NCBI GenBank assembly: GCA_046563655.1
Contig: CM102290.1
Span: forward strand, 10,168,001-10,232,000
DNA length: 64,000 nt
Source of the DNA: Yuukianura sp. NJ FZ-2021
Lineage: Eukaryota
Reading direction: 5' to 3'
In this document: in pieces, positions 51,701-64,000 of the stretch
Layout: each line of letters opens with the position of its first letter
How positions within the stretch are numbered: position 1 is the stretch's first letter
Notes under the pieces: generated by a model
What the model was told of the DNA's origin: nothing
Seen by the model: the letters and a program-made list of their open reading frames with translations, nothing else
The model's database searches: none
Made by a program: the position numbers and the translations under genes

Positions 51701-54700
51701 AACATTGCTGATATGGAGGCAGGGATTCTGGAAGCAATTGAGTCAGTAGTTTCTGGTGCAGCTAGTCGCAATCGTAAGGAATAATACCTTTTTGTTTCAT
51801 TACTGTTTTACAGTCAAAATTTCTTGTAAGAAACGATTTGTTCCGTGGCCTATTTAGATTCGGAGGGAGAAGATAGTCAATCAAGGGCTGAGGATAAGGA
51901 TGATTCCGACAAAGGTATACAATTAGTGAAACATTATAATGAACTCATTGACCATGAACCTGAGTAACTGCATTACTTGCTTACTTGTACCAACAGGGAA
52001 GGACGGTAAGAAGCGACGGACATTACAGAAGTTCGGTGTTGGGGGTTTTATTGCGAGGCTGCGAGGTCCCCGTTTCAAAGACGAGGACTTGGACATGGAG
52101 ATTCAGAATGGTGGGCCTCTTGAGCAACCCCTGGAGAAACCAAAGCGTAAACCCTCGAGGCGAAAAACGAAGAGCAAATTGATAGAATGCTTCCCGGCCT
52201 ATTTACAAGTGAGATTTTATCAGCTTCTTAGAAACAAAGATTAGAAATTATTAACGTTAACTTTTGTGTGGCGTTACAGGAAGCATTTTTTGGGAAGGGT
52301 TTGCTGGATTGTCAGTCACTGAAGGAAGAAGTTAGTGGTGCTACAGCCGGAGAGGATGACCTTGACGTCGAGTCTGTCAACCAAGTTTCCCACGAGAGTA
52401 CAATCAATTTATCTGCTGAGGACATGAGTCTCTTTGAAGGCTCCAGCAGTGAGTCGAGGAAGGAGAACGTGAAGGTCAGCGTAAATGTCAAGAAGGAAAC
52501 ACCTCCACCGCTGTTAGTCAAAACGGAACTTAAGAAAACTCCGAAACCAATTTCACAAAAGGTAATGACTTAGTTGGATAAACTATTTAACAAATTGTTT
52601 TGGTTTTGAGAGAAAAGATTGTTTGATTAATTTTTAGTCGAAGAGTTCTGGTGCCCTGCAAGAATTGTTGCCACTGCCTGGTGATTTATTGGACAATGAT
52701 TTAGTTGATACAATCATGAACGAGGACATGACAAAGGTGCCAGATGGAATTGATGACCTCGGTGGTGAGTCTATTGGACATTATTATTTTGTACTATTAG
52801 GTACTATTATTATTTAATATTTATTATTTGCAGTGACTTCTGGGTTAGTGGACGATTCAGAGTTGGGCATTGACCGGGCTGTTGGTGAAGCCAATCAGAA
52901 GGATTTGACGGATTTCCTCAGCTCCATAGACAGCGGTCTGCCGAGTATGGACAGCAAAGATGTGGAGGACATCTTCAAAGGAGTTCTCACGGATGAACCA
53001 GCAGCGGCCCCATCGTCAGGCCCACCCCTTTTCCCAATGGGAGGATCTCAACCCCCACCACAAGTTCCACCAATTCCTTCTCCTGTACCCATTCCAACCG
53101 GTGGGATTCTCATGCCACAAAATTTAAACGCTTCCGTCTCAGCACCAACAGGTTACACGTTGTTTTTGGATTGAAATGCATTCCAACTTTTGAGCCAACT
53201 GCTTTTGAAAATAATCTTATAGGCGATTTTGTGGATTTTAATTATTTTCAGTACAAGGAAGTCCAAGTCTGTCGAGATCAAATTCACTTCACAGTGTCCC
53301 GCAAGGCTTGGCATCTCCGCTCAACTTTCCGCCGCCATCTCCATATCATTCCGAGTATAGCAAGTACGATTACAAAGTTTTTTTTTAAGACATGGTTTAT
53401 GGTTTTCTAAATATTTCAAATATTTCTAAAATGTAATTTTTGTGAACCTGCAGTAGTCCTGCCTTCTCGGAGCCTCCTAGTCCTTGGCCAGCGGCAGTTG
53501 AAGGGGACGTAGAGACTCCAGGAAACTACAGTCAGAGGAGTATTCTCAAGTGGGAAGTGGATGAGGCTCTGGGTTCTAATGCAACCATCTCTGCCGTTCT
53601 CTATGCCAACATGAACCATCCAGAACTGAAGAGAGACCATCCAAGTAACTGCTTCTATTTCTTTCTACCTCTTTAATCTTTATTTCATTTTTCACGGAAA
53701 TTCGTTTGAGATAATCTAAAGTGTGAATTTTTTTTTCTTGTAGATTGGGCTGAGCGCTCTAAACAAATTGCAAAAATTTGGAGATCTCTTCCAACGGACA
53801 AGCGGGCTCCATATCTACAAAAGGCTCGAGAGAATCGAGCTGCGAGTCGCATGCAGAAGGCTCAGCAAGTGAGTGCAAAATTCTTTTAGTTTCTCTGCTG
53901 CGCAGGAGATTAGGTTCATCTCATGCGCAATTAGTGTTATTTGGACTTTTCACTAATACGGCTCATCAGCACGCAATACACTGAAGCACGATTCAATTTT
54001 AAATTAACGAAATTTTTAGTAATATTTTGAGCAAAATTAACTAATGTTTGCTTAGGGTTGTTGGGTAAAGTTAACTAACCTAACTTTAAAAGCCAGAAAT
54101 GAGAATGGGAAACTAATCCCGCCTGGTTTGCCATTGGATAATCATTATACTAGATTCCGCTAGACAACAAAATCTCACCAGCATCTTCACCGGGACAAGG
54201 TCAAGGGTCAGCTGATCATTCTCCCACTCCAACTGACTTTACTAAGGAGAAGGCGGATACTGGAAGTACTGCAAAGGGAACACGGTCAATTCCTGCTACT
54301 CCACCACCAACTCCAACTCCAGTAACAGTGGGAGGAGCCAAGGACTTTGTTCCAGTTCCTCCTGCGACTTGCGTCACGCCTACTTGTGTCACTAGTCCAG
54401 TCTCCTCTCGCACACTTTCACAGTCTCACCGCTGTTACATTGTTCACATTAACACGAGTCAAACGAGTCCAAGCAGTGGGCCGAGTCAAACCCCACCAAA
54501 ATTAACAAAAGTAACGGGATCCGTGGGGGTGGCACAGGGTGGGCCGCCAAAAGAGAAAGCCCCACCCCAAGAACCCAAATGCTGTTCAATGGCTGATCAA
54601 CAGATCCGCGTCCTCACTCCATCAGAAATCATGAGAACGCTGCCAGCATTGAGTACGGAGCCTTGCAGCTTCCCTCTGATGGTGAGAGACACTTGAGCTG

Positions 54701-57700
54701 GAACGAACTGTGCTTCCTTACCACAGTTCTCGAATTTTGAAATTCGCTGCATTTTCGTCGTCATTTTCTTTTCTTTAAGTTCAGAATTGTGTGGTTTTTG
54801 CGTGTTATATTTTTTGTTTACGTGTGAGTTGGTTTTTCATTTCTTTACGTTTATTTTGCAGAAGTTTGTCTTGAGGGAGGAAATTATTTCTTTGAAAACA
54901 ATTAGCATCCTGATACTCAACAGCATCAGAATGTCGTTGGATCATGGGCGACGACGACGTTCAAGGGTTGTTAGAAACGACAAATGGATACGGAAACATA
55001 CATTAGCTTGCTATATGAATTTATGTGCTAAATAACTGCATGTGCATGCGCTTACTGCAATGAGTTTCTTTTGAGTACTTGTGTCGTTTTGCTATGTCAC
55101 TAAAATCTACGAACATTTTGGCCACAAAGTTTGGAAGAGGTGTAAAGGTAGTTTATTGATTTTAAGGAGAGGAAAATAGGATTTTTTCGGTTTTCTGATT
55201 CCAAACTTTGTGGACAAGGAACCTGAAAATGACAATGCGTTTTTGCGATACTTTGATAAGGTGCATGAGGATTTTGAAAAATTGGGTTGTAGAGATCTGT
55301 TCTAAATTGCCGATGCATGTCTCCAAAAAACTTCTTATTCTATCTAAATGCTGATTTCTAATCTGAGTCTAAATGTTTTTAGGATCAAGAGAAGTTAATG
55401 CCACCAGTGAAGGCGACTCGGGGTGAGACGCAGGAAGAGAGGCACTGGAAGCAACTCCAAGCCTATCGCCAGCAGCAAGCACAACAACAGCAACTGGCGC
55501 TGCAAGAACAGCGATTGCAAGGTGATCCTAAGGATCATTTGCTCTCTCCTGGAAAACATCCTTTCCCATCACCTGGTAGGGCAAAGTTAGGAGCACCACG
55601 AATTTACTTGTTCTTGCACAAAATTTCAAAGAAAAGGTTTCTCGAAGTTTTCAGAAATTCAATCATGTTTGGAACAAGTAGATTGGTGGTATTGGTATTT
55701 GATAATTTGAACAATCCAAACTAGAAGTTTTATTTGAAGTGAGATACTTTACATCGTATGATTTGTGGGAGTTTTGGCTCAAATACTGACTTTTTGGACA
55801 CAGGAATACCAATGGTGCATCGACAAGGGAGTAACGACATGAGTCAAATGTCTTCGCAGATGGATCATGCGCGACTACCACTCCAAGTCTCTACAAACCA
55901 ACATGTAAGGACGGACTTACAGAATATTGGTAATAACTGGATTTTTAAACTGAATTGATTTGTTGTTTAGATGTCAGATGGCGGCCCTGGTGGTCTAGTA
56001 TCACCTCATCTTCAGTCAATGAACAACCCACGACAATCATTTCCAGGTCAACTGAACACGGGTCAAAGTCAAGCCACGCGAATGCGACCTCCTACTCTAG
56101 AAATGCCTCCACCTAGTCCATCTCCTCACTTCTCTCCTAAGCATGGCCTCAATACGCAACAACAATCTCCATCCCCTCTGCTCGCTCGCTCTCCGATGTA
56201 CTCACGTATACCTTACATGCACTCTCCACGACCACCTTTGACCTCACCATCAGCTGATCCATACGGAAACTCACCACTGACCCCACAGTCAGACCCGTAT
56301 AATCATCCACCCTTGACGCCACGCCCTGATAGCGATTCCAACTTTTCACCGAATGCGGCAGAGGGTTATGGACAGCAAGGTCAGAAACTGATGAATGATC
56401 AGTACATGAGCAGTGGGTCACCGAATGAGATGGATACCACGGGCCCACTAACCAGTCCTAGAACACCAGGAGGTGTCCCACCAGCACAGGAAACGAGACA
56501 GCATCTCCGTGATCTTCTCCAACGGCAGCAAATCAAGAAGATGGAGCAGGACGGATCACCAATGTCTTGTGACCTGGGGCCCAATGGGCAAAGGCCAATG
56601 AATCCTTGGCCCACTGGTAAGTACCTCTGTATGCACCCAAGATACTGACAAAAACAAAACCATAATTTGGGACCACATTACTAAAAAGTAAAATTTTATC
56701 GGGAAACTTCACACCAATGGATTTAATTTTTTAAATTGTAGATGAGTGGCAGAAGGGATCGATGGAAAGTGGTAAACATGCCAACCTGAGTCCGTGTTCC
56801 CCGATTTCCCAAATGCCTGGAACTCAATTTCGTCAACCTTTTATTCCTCAACATTCCCGAATGCCTCCGAACAGTGCCGGAGCGACGCAGATGCTACAGG
56901 GTAGGATACCGGGATCGGAATTCAGGCAGGTTGGACCACATTCTCCGCTCCCACAAGGGCAGCAGCAAGTTCAGGTGATTATTTAGGAAACAACAGTTGA
57001 CAAACTTTAACCGCAATTGAATTTTTCAAGCGAAGTGCAATAGTTTCATTCGCAATTTCAGATCGATCAACGCATGCGGGTTTTACTTCATCATCAACAA
57101 CTACAACAGTCACCTTCACAACAGCGTGGAATGAATGTCCATTTACCGAGGAACCCAGGGAATCCATTTCCGAACTTACAACAACAACAACAGCTGATCC
57201 ATCAACAACAAGGAATTGGACAGACTCAAGCGTCGTTTCAAGTGAGGCCGAATGGCAGTGGATATGATACCATGCAGCAACAAAATCAGAGGCTATGTCA
57301 GATGGGTGTCATCGGTAAGTTTTGTTTACAAAGGAATTAGGTTGGATTTTAGATACTTTTTGTGACATAAGCTTTGAAATACACAGATTCAAACGCACAA
57401 GTGACCTCGTCCATGCTGGCTCAGCAGTTAGGTCGACCACTTGCCCCTGGACGTGGTCTACAACCACCCCAGAGCCCTCTTCCAATTTCGCAGTGTTCAA
57501 ACATGCTTCAGATGAGCTCAGGAGGTTTGAGCGATCGTGTAGGATCAGATGTGATATCTTCAGAACATCAAGAATTGCCAGAAAGTGTAACAGCAGAGTT
57601 GGAGAAACTGGAGGAAGAGCAACATCGCGGAGATAACGGTGGAGGTGTGGAAGGAGATTCAGTAGAACTGGCAGACTTGGGAATGGATGACGACGAACTG

Positions 57701-60700
57701 CTGGGAATGGGAGCGGATTTCAACATTTTAGAGTACGCTGACCCTGAACTGAACATCGTCGTGGGCGGAGAGAAAACAAACATTCTGGATGATAATCTTG
57801 ATCTGGAAGAGGAGAAGGAAGAAGAAAAGGAAATCAAAAGGAAGGAAGAGGAAAAGTTAGTGCGGCTTAATTTCGATACAACTCTTCTAAAACTTCTACT
57901 GATTTTAAAAAAAACTTTTCATAGGTCTGAGAAGAAGGAATCCAACGGAGCCCAGTTCAATTCCAACTTGCCGCCAGTTCCAGTTGTCAGCGGAGCAGGA
58001 AACCAAGACACTTTGACAGGATTTCCTGCCCCGCAAGTACCGAAGCCCGAGTTTCCACCTTGCCCGCCAGAATTGGGCGCAAATATTCTCGGCCCACCAC
58101 AACCTCCACCATATCCAGTTCCACCCCCACCCTACCCAGGACCTGGAAGGCCAACTTCGGTAAGTCAACTTCCACTAAGTGGCATTACTTTGTAACCTAA
58201 ACATAACAGTGTGCCTTTTGTTCGTTTTCCCATACTTTTTGTTGGGTTTGAAACAGCTACGAGTTTTAATTTGAATTTTGAATGGCAGTTAGCTTCGTTC
58301 ATTGGCAGATTAATTCAAAGTGCTGGCAATGAACGAATTATTTTTGTAACCTCGTTTGAAAATTGGAACTAATCAGTAGTTTGACCTCTGACATTTTTTT
58401 GTGGCTTGTTGGCTCAGGTGGGAGTGGGAATTAGAAATGGTGGTGGTGATCTCAGCTTACAGCCTGTTCAGCCTGCGATGCATATGAGCATGATTTTCAA
58501 AAATTCAGTGATGGGAGGTGGGTCTGCTCCACCGCGGCGACCTCAACAACACCATCAAGTTAATCTTGCTCCCCCCATTCCTTCTCATGCTCCGCCTCCT
58601 CCTCCTTCCACACTGCCTCCTAATCAACGGAGGACTCTCCTCCTCCAGGTAAACCATGCAAGAATTAAACTTAATAAGCACGTCTTTACGCATGTCTTAT
58701 GTACCCTTCGGTTTTTGACTTTTCGAACCTGGACTCATTCCTTTAAAAAACAGTTAATAGGAAAGTGAGACTTAATTCTATGCCGTTTGTAAAGGAACAG
58801 CCGTTACTCCTTGAAGATTTGCTGGAACAGGAGAAGAGGGAGCAGCAGCGCCAAGGACCAATGCTGATCAATCCAACTGCAGAAGAACCACTCCTAAGCG
58901 ATTTTGATTTCGAGAGGCTCAAGGCCGACGTTCTATCTTCCAACAATTTGCCACCAAGCCTCTCTCCTCCGACACTTCCAGGTAACCATACGATTCCGAT
59001 AAATTTTTGTATCAAACATCGAAATCCTATGGTATATCTGTAGCTGCAATTTGTCGAGATTACTAAATGACATATTGATCATAAGTTTACCGGCTTATTC
59101 CTTTAGGTCAAGGTCTGCTGCCACCCCCTGCCCAGCAACCGATGTACAACAGGCATCCTATCCCAGCTCCTGCGTTGACAAACGTGAATAGCCTGCAACA
59201 AACCAGTCACATTCACCAACCAACAATGAACGAATGGAAATCGGATCCGCATAGGAAGACGGACATACACCATGAGAATGTTGGTATGCACGTTATGCCG
59301 GTTCCTGGAGGTAACCATGTGAATAATGCTCCCATGAGACTCCAAGTTTCTCTGATCCCGCCACCACCAGTTCCACCGGATCATCCCACTACAGACCAAG
59401 AGAGACAAATGGTGCTCCAATATGAACAATGGATTTATCATCAACAACAAGTTCTCAACCTACATCAGAAATACTTTGACGGGGAAGTCGCTAAACTCCG
59501 TAAAATCAAGAAGGTAAGACTCAGTCATTATACGATCAGCTGATTGTTTTGTATGATTTTGATCAATAATTTGATGCCATCTTTGGTTTATAGTCACTGA
59601 ATAGTAAGCAGAGGCAGCTGAGAAAGAACGGATCTGAACTGAATGAGAACGATGCTATGGAGCTGGAACGCGTTGTGAAGGAATTAGGTGGGATACAGAA
59701 ACAGCTGGATCAGGCAAGAAAGCAAACTCGCCAACACGGTACCATCATTCAGGTATTTTAAGGACCTTATAAAGGCCTTGAGAACAGTATTACGTTTTAA
59801 AATAAATTAGTACTGGAAACCAGCAGTACCGATGGCGACTTACTTAGATATGAAATTCTCTTCTTACTATTTACGCAGGACTATCAAAATAAACAGCAAA
59901 AGCGGAACCAGATTATGATGATGAACAAGCCAATGGGCCCTGGACCACTTCCACCGACCACCATTCGACAAAATATGGTCAACAATCAACCGATGCAACC
60001 TTCACCCATTGGAAATCCCAACCATTCTCCATTACACTCCACACCACAGTCACCGATGTTGAGTCCGGCACCAGCAATGAGTCCTCTCACCCAACACTCT
60101 CCCATGCCAAGCCCAATGGCACCAAGTCCAGGTTACCCATTTTTCAGTGTTTCCGACGGAATAATATGTTTGCATGTGGATTTTGTTTATAAGTTGAAGT
60201 GTTTTGATATTAGGACCTACCAACTCAAACGTACAGACTTCTCCAAGGGGTTCCCTTACCGGGGGAATGCATCACATGGATGATCGTCCGTTCAGTCCAA
60301 ACAATAACGACGGAATGCGGAGTATTCAATCCCCGGGAGGAATCATGACTCAAAATCGAATGCAAGGGCCACCTCAACATCGAAATATGGGAAATGGTCA
60401 AGGTCAAGGGATGCCTCAGAATGCCCCACAGCATGTTCTACAAGGGAGAGGGATGGGGATGCAACAGCAACAGCAGCAGAGGCACATGACATTTGTTCTC
60501 TCCAATGTTCAGCAGAGGATGAGGCCGAGCACTGGTTCCGACCAATTAAGGTTAGAGGAAATCTTCAGATATAAAAGTGATTTCGTGTTTAAGGAAATTG
60601 ACAAGACGTTTCTAATATAGAATGCAACGTTTCCAACGTCTTCCGATGGGCCAGGAAATGATGATGAGGGGACGGATGTGTTTACAGAATCCTCCGTTTC

Positions 60701-63700
60701 AATCTCCAATTTCTCAGCAGCAATCGCTCGGGAAACCACCGGGATCACAGCATTACAATTCTAGTCAGAAAGTTCCATTCCCTGTACAAAGTCCTACTGG
60801 AGGAATGAACATGAGAAGCCCGAGTCCACTCATGCAAATTGGAAGTCCACCGGGAAATCAGGTGAGATCAATTAGATGCTTTTGAAGAACGAATTTCGTG
60901 CTCTCAACGAACTAGTAACAGAAATTTTTGGTTGCTGTAGATGCTCAACCAGAATCGTGTGTCTCCTGCCTCTTCTCCTATGAGGCGACCATCCGGAAGC
61001 GGAAGCGTAGGGCTCGGCAGCCCTTGCCAAGACAGACCTAAGAGTGTGGAGAATCCATTGACACCGAGAAGCGCGGGAAGTGGGCCACATACTCCGAGCA
61101 GTGTAGGAGGACCTATGTCGGTCATGAGTATGGACATGAGCGGGGGAAACCATCATTCAGGGGAAGGTTTGCATGAAGTGCTTCATCATCAACAACAGTC
61201 CTATGCAATGCACAACCCAAATCCGTTCAATCCGCACGGCGAGATGGGTAGTAGTAGTCAGATGATTCAAAATCAGCAAATGGGTTCTTCTCATGGTACA
61301 CAAAATGACATTGGTAGTGGAGGTGGCGGTTCATCACGAATGATTCCTTATCCGACTTTCTCATGGTACTCGGATCCTGATCGTTTGGGTCTCAAAGGAG
61401 GTAGTCCATTCTCCGTCGTCAATGGGGAAACCCACGCAGCTACTAGTCATACGGAGCAAGGACAGTCTAATAATGACATCAACACTGAGAGAATACCACC
61501 AACTGAAAATTCTAATTCTGCACCAGTATCGAATGGATCCTTATCTCCAGTTCTAACGACCTCGGGTTCAGCTATGGGGGAATCTCAGAATGCCCTCCTC
61601 AAGCAACTGTTACAGAATACTGGATGTGCCAGTACGAGTCAGTCAACAACTGAACCAACTCGATTCTCTCTTAGTAATTGTCTACCAACGAGACCGACTT
61701 CCAACGCTTCGCCTGTTCATACTTCACAGTTGTCAGAAGCGGCTACAAGAATTCCACAACCGCAGGCAATATCACGACAGGCAGAGTCTCCCCAAGCCCC
61801 GCCGTCTCAGATTTCCCCATCAATTCTCAAAGTGGAACCGATGGAGCGTAAGTTTAAGTATTCCTATTTATCCTATTATTCCACCAATCGCTTACTTGAG
61901 GTAGAGGTAGTATTTCTGATGTGTTGTGTGTTGTGTAACCAAGTAAAATAAGTAATTTGAAGAATTAGAATTTGGCATTGTTGCAGAGACTGAGGCACCC
62001 CAATTTGGGGTAATGAGGAACGTTGTCAGAGTGGATGAAAGCCTTGTGAAGGAGGAAGTATTGTCGGCAGCATGCAATACTCCTCGACCTCCAAAAGATC
62101 TCATGAGAAAAGAATCCTTTTCATCGACGCTCGCCGAAACGATCGATGTCGTTGCGAGTGATCAGACGGCCTTGGATCCCGCTATATACGGTTGGATATT
62201 TTTTAAACAACAATTTAAACTGTACCCGTAACGCGATATATGGTCAAATGATAATGTATCTGAGCTTATTTCCGGGCTTGGTTTCTGTGAATGTCAACAA
62301 TTTTTGGATTGGATTTAGAAGCTCGACGTGCTGAGGACGAGGCTAGGAAAGCAAGAAGGAGGCAGTATCAATCGAATAGAAGACGACAAAGTACTGGAAA
62401 GGAACCTCAACCGCCCAAGAAACGAGCGCGCAAAGTAAGCTATACAAAACGTCAAATGTCTTCAGAGCTTGAAGTGATTGTTAACTTGTGTGGTTTGTTC
62501 AAGGGATCGAAAATGGAGGAAGATTACGAATTGTACTTGGAGACACTGATGACGCAACTGAGGCAACTACCACCAATAGGGATTACGGAACCGGACCTTG
62601 GCAGAAACTATGGGGTCTGTGCTCCACCTGGGATAGGTGACATGTCGAAGTTACATACGAGGCGTTACAGTAGGATCCATGGAGATCTTGTGGGTGACAT
62701 TGGGAATTCTAGAATTCGTGGGGAAGCGGACTACTATTACACATTTCCATTCGGAACAGAATTAGCCGAGCGTGAGAAGAAACCTCCATCAACACAGCGA
62801 GGATTCTACAGCCAAGAATTTGCATCACCCAGAATGGGGAGTTACTGTAAGTGAAAACGTGAATGTTCGACCTTACTCACATGAACACAAAAATGAATTA
62901 TTTTTAACATTTACAATTTCAGGTGACAGAGAAGCTAGCAATAGCAGATCATCATCCCCAGGAAGAGACTGTGATACACCGGATACAATAGTTAGTTCAT
63001 CTTCCCCTGAACCTGCTTGCTATGATAGAACCAATCCCTACAGTGGTAAGAGACTTCTTCCGAAAAAAAATAACATAAGAAATAGAATCAAAGGGGAGAT
63101 GATTCATCCTTTTTCATTTGTTTATGATGTAAGAACTCAAGTATATCAACGAGGAGGAGGATATGGAAACAAGAAGTGCGTCGCCCGGTTACGAAATTCA
63201 GCGTCCTATTCCCATTCGGCCTGTTCCGCCGAGATTTGACCTTGGTACTATCAAAGAGGAAATGGTAATTTATCACGTCTCAAGCTATTTCAATTTCTTA
63301 ATCATAAAATTGATGTAATTCTGATATGCTTCTCTCCTACAGGACAAGGAAAACAAGAACATTGCTGTGGATGTGAACTTCAGCAAAACACGGTGCTGCG
63401 GTCCGTTGAGAGAGAGCAGAAATGTGACTGTAACACTCACTTTAGCCTCCAACGCTGTAGATGATATTAGTGGAGTATTGCGGAATTTGGCTAACATCCT
63501 ATCTATTTCCTCCCCGTCTGGTTTTCAAGTCACTGATAGAACGCTCACACCTCCTTCAACTACTCAAAAGGTTGGATCGTACACGTATCGTAGCAAAGAC
63601 GGGAAAGAAGCAGTGGACATCCAAAGTATACTCAACGGCACTGCTAAGTTTTGCCGCCATTGCGACGTCGTAGTTTTGTCAAATATTATTCGAAAAAAAC

Positions 63701-64000
63701 CATCGGATCTTCCCGGGCTAAGACTTCCCAATGTCAAAGAAGAAAATGGTGATGGAACAGAAGATTTCTACTTCTGTAGTTCTACGTGCTTTGTTCAATT
63801 CTCCCTGTCCCATGGAATTGCGCAAAGTGTAGAGGAAAAGGCAAGTTGGAATCCTCAAATGACCAATGAAACGCTCATTCGTACATTCTAACTAATATAT
63901 AGTTCTATATAAACAAAAATTGCAACTTTACCTTATTTTAGGCGAGTGCTGTAGTGAGACATCCCAGTGAGTCTGAAACTTCAGACACAAGTCCAAGTAA
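45731..64000 (+). CDS. KMT2C: Histone H3K4 methyltransferase KMT2C/D (MLL3/4; Lpt+trr unsplit), multi-exon, 3'-partial (FYR/SET domains expected beyond the window)
   Basis: N-terminal AT-hook KRGPGRPRKDGAS. ePHD (CGFCNL...FVHSGCARW...CSHCGNFGA) plus PHD fingers, and a second PHD cluster (LEQDVCVMCGAYG...CAQCGQCYHPYC; KGWRCLDCTVCEGCG...WKCKWC). FPAYLQEAFFGK motif, HMG box (KWEVDEALG.NATIS.VLYANMNHPELK...WAERSKQIAKIWR), LxxLL motifs (LRDLL, LLEDLL, LLKQLL), Q/P-rich regions and FCRHCDVV...FCSSTC. Confidence 0.96.
46719..47352. mobile_element. ~630-bp non-autonomous TIR element with three 83-bp tandem repeats, in a KMT2C intron
   Basis: 25-bp inverted ends TCGCGA(A/G)CATACATGAAAACCTCCC with 1 mismatch. 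Repeat units start at 46918, 47001 and 47084 (GCGCCGTAGGCGC...CGGAGACCCT). Several GC-rich hairpins. Exact boundary and TSD are uncertain. Confidence 0.82.

Overview
AT-rich, intron-dense eukaryotic DNA, almost certainly arthropod judging by gene content and peptide motifs; species not determinable. Genes were reconstructed by manual splicing, since the ORF track shows only exon fragments. In order: a neuropeptide F precursor (-), an MDR/ADH-like gene lacking zinc ligands (probably Drat-like, +), couch potato/RBPMS (+), then a tight 4.4-kb cluster of three neuropeptide precursor genes: natalisin (+), kinin/leucokinin (+) and tachykinin (-). These are followed by a two-TM TMEM200-like gene (-) and the 5' part of an unsplit KMT2C/D (Lpt+trr) gene (+) that runs off the window end. 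Mobile DNA comprises three Mutator-like MITEs with shared termini, a deleted pogo element and a TIR element with 83-bp tandem repeats. The most interesting signal is the physical linkage of natalisin, kinin and tachykinin, whose receptors form a related GPCR group. The kinin precursor also carries a FSSWR-amide peptide intermediate between the kinin and natalisin/tachykinin motifs. A second signal is the high density of perfect nuclear-receptor elements (IR1/EcRE, DR1, DR4) in the first 41 kb.
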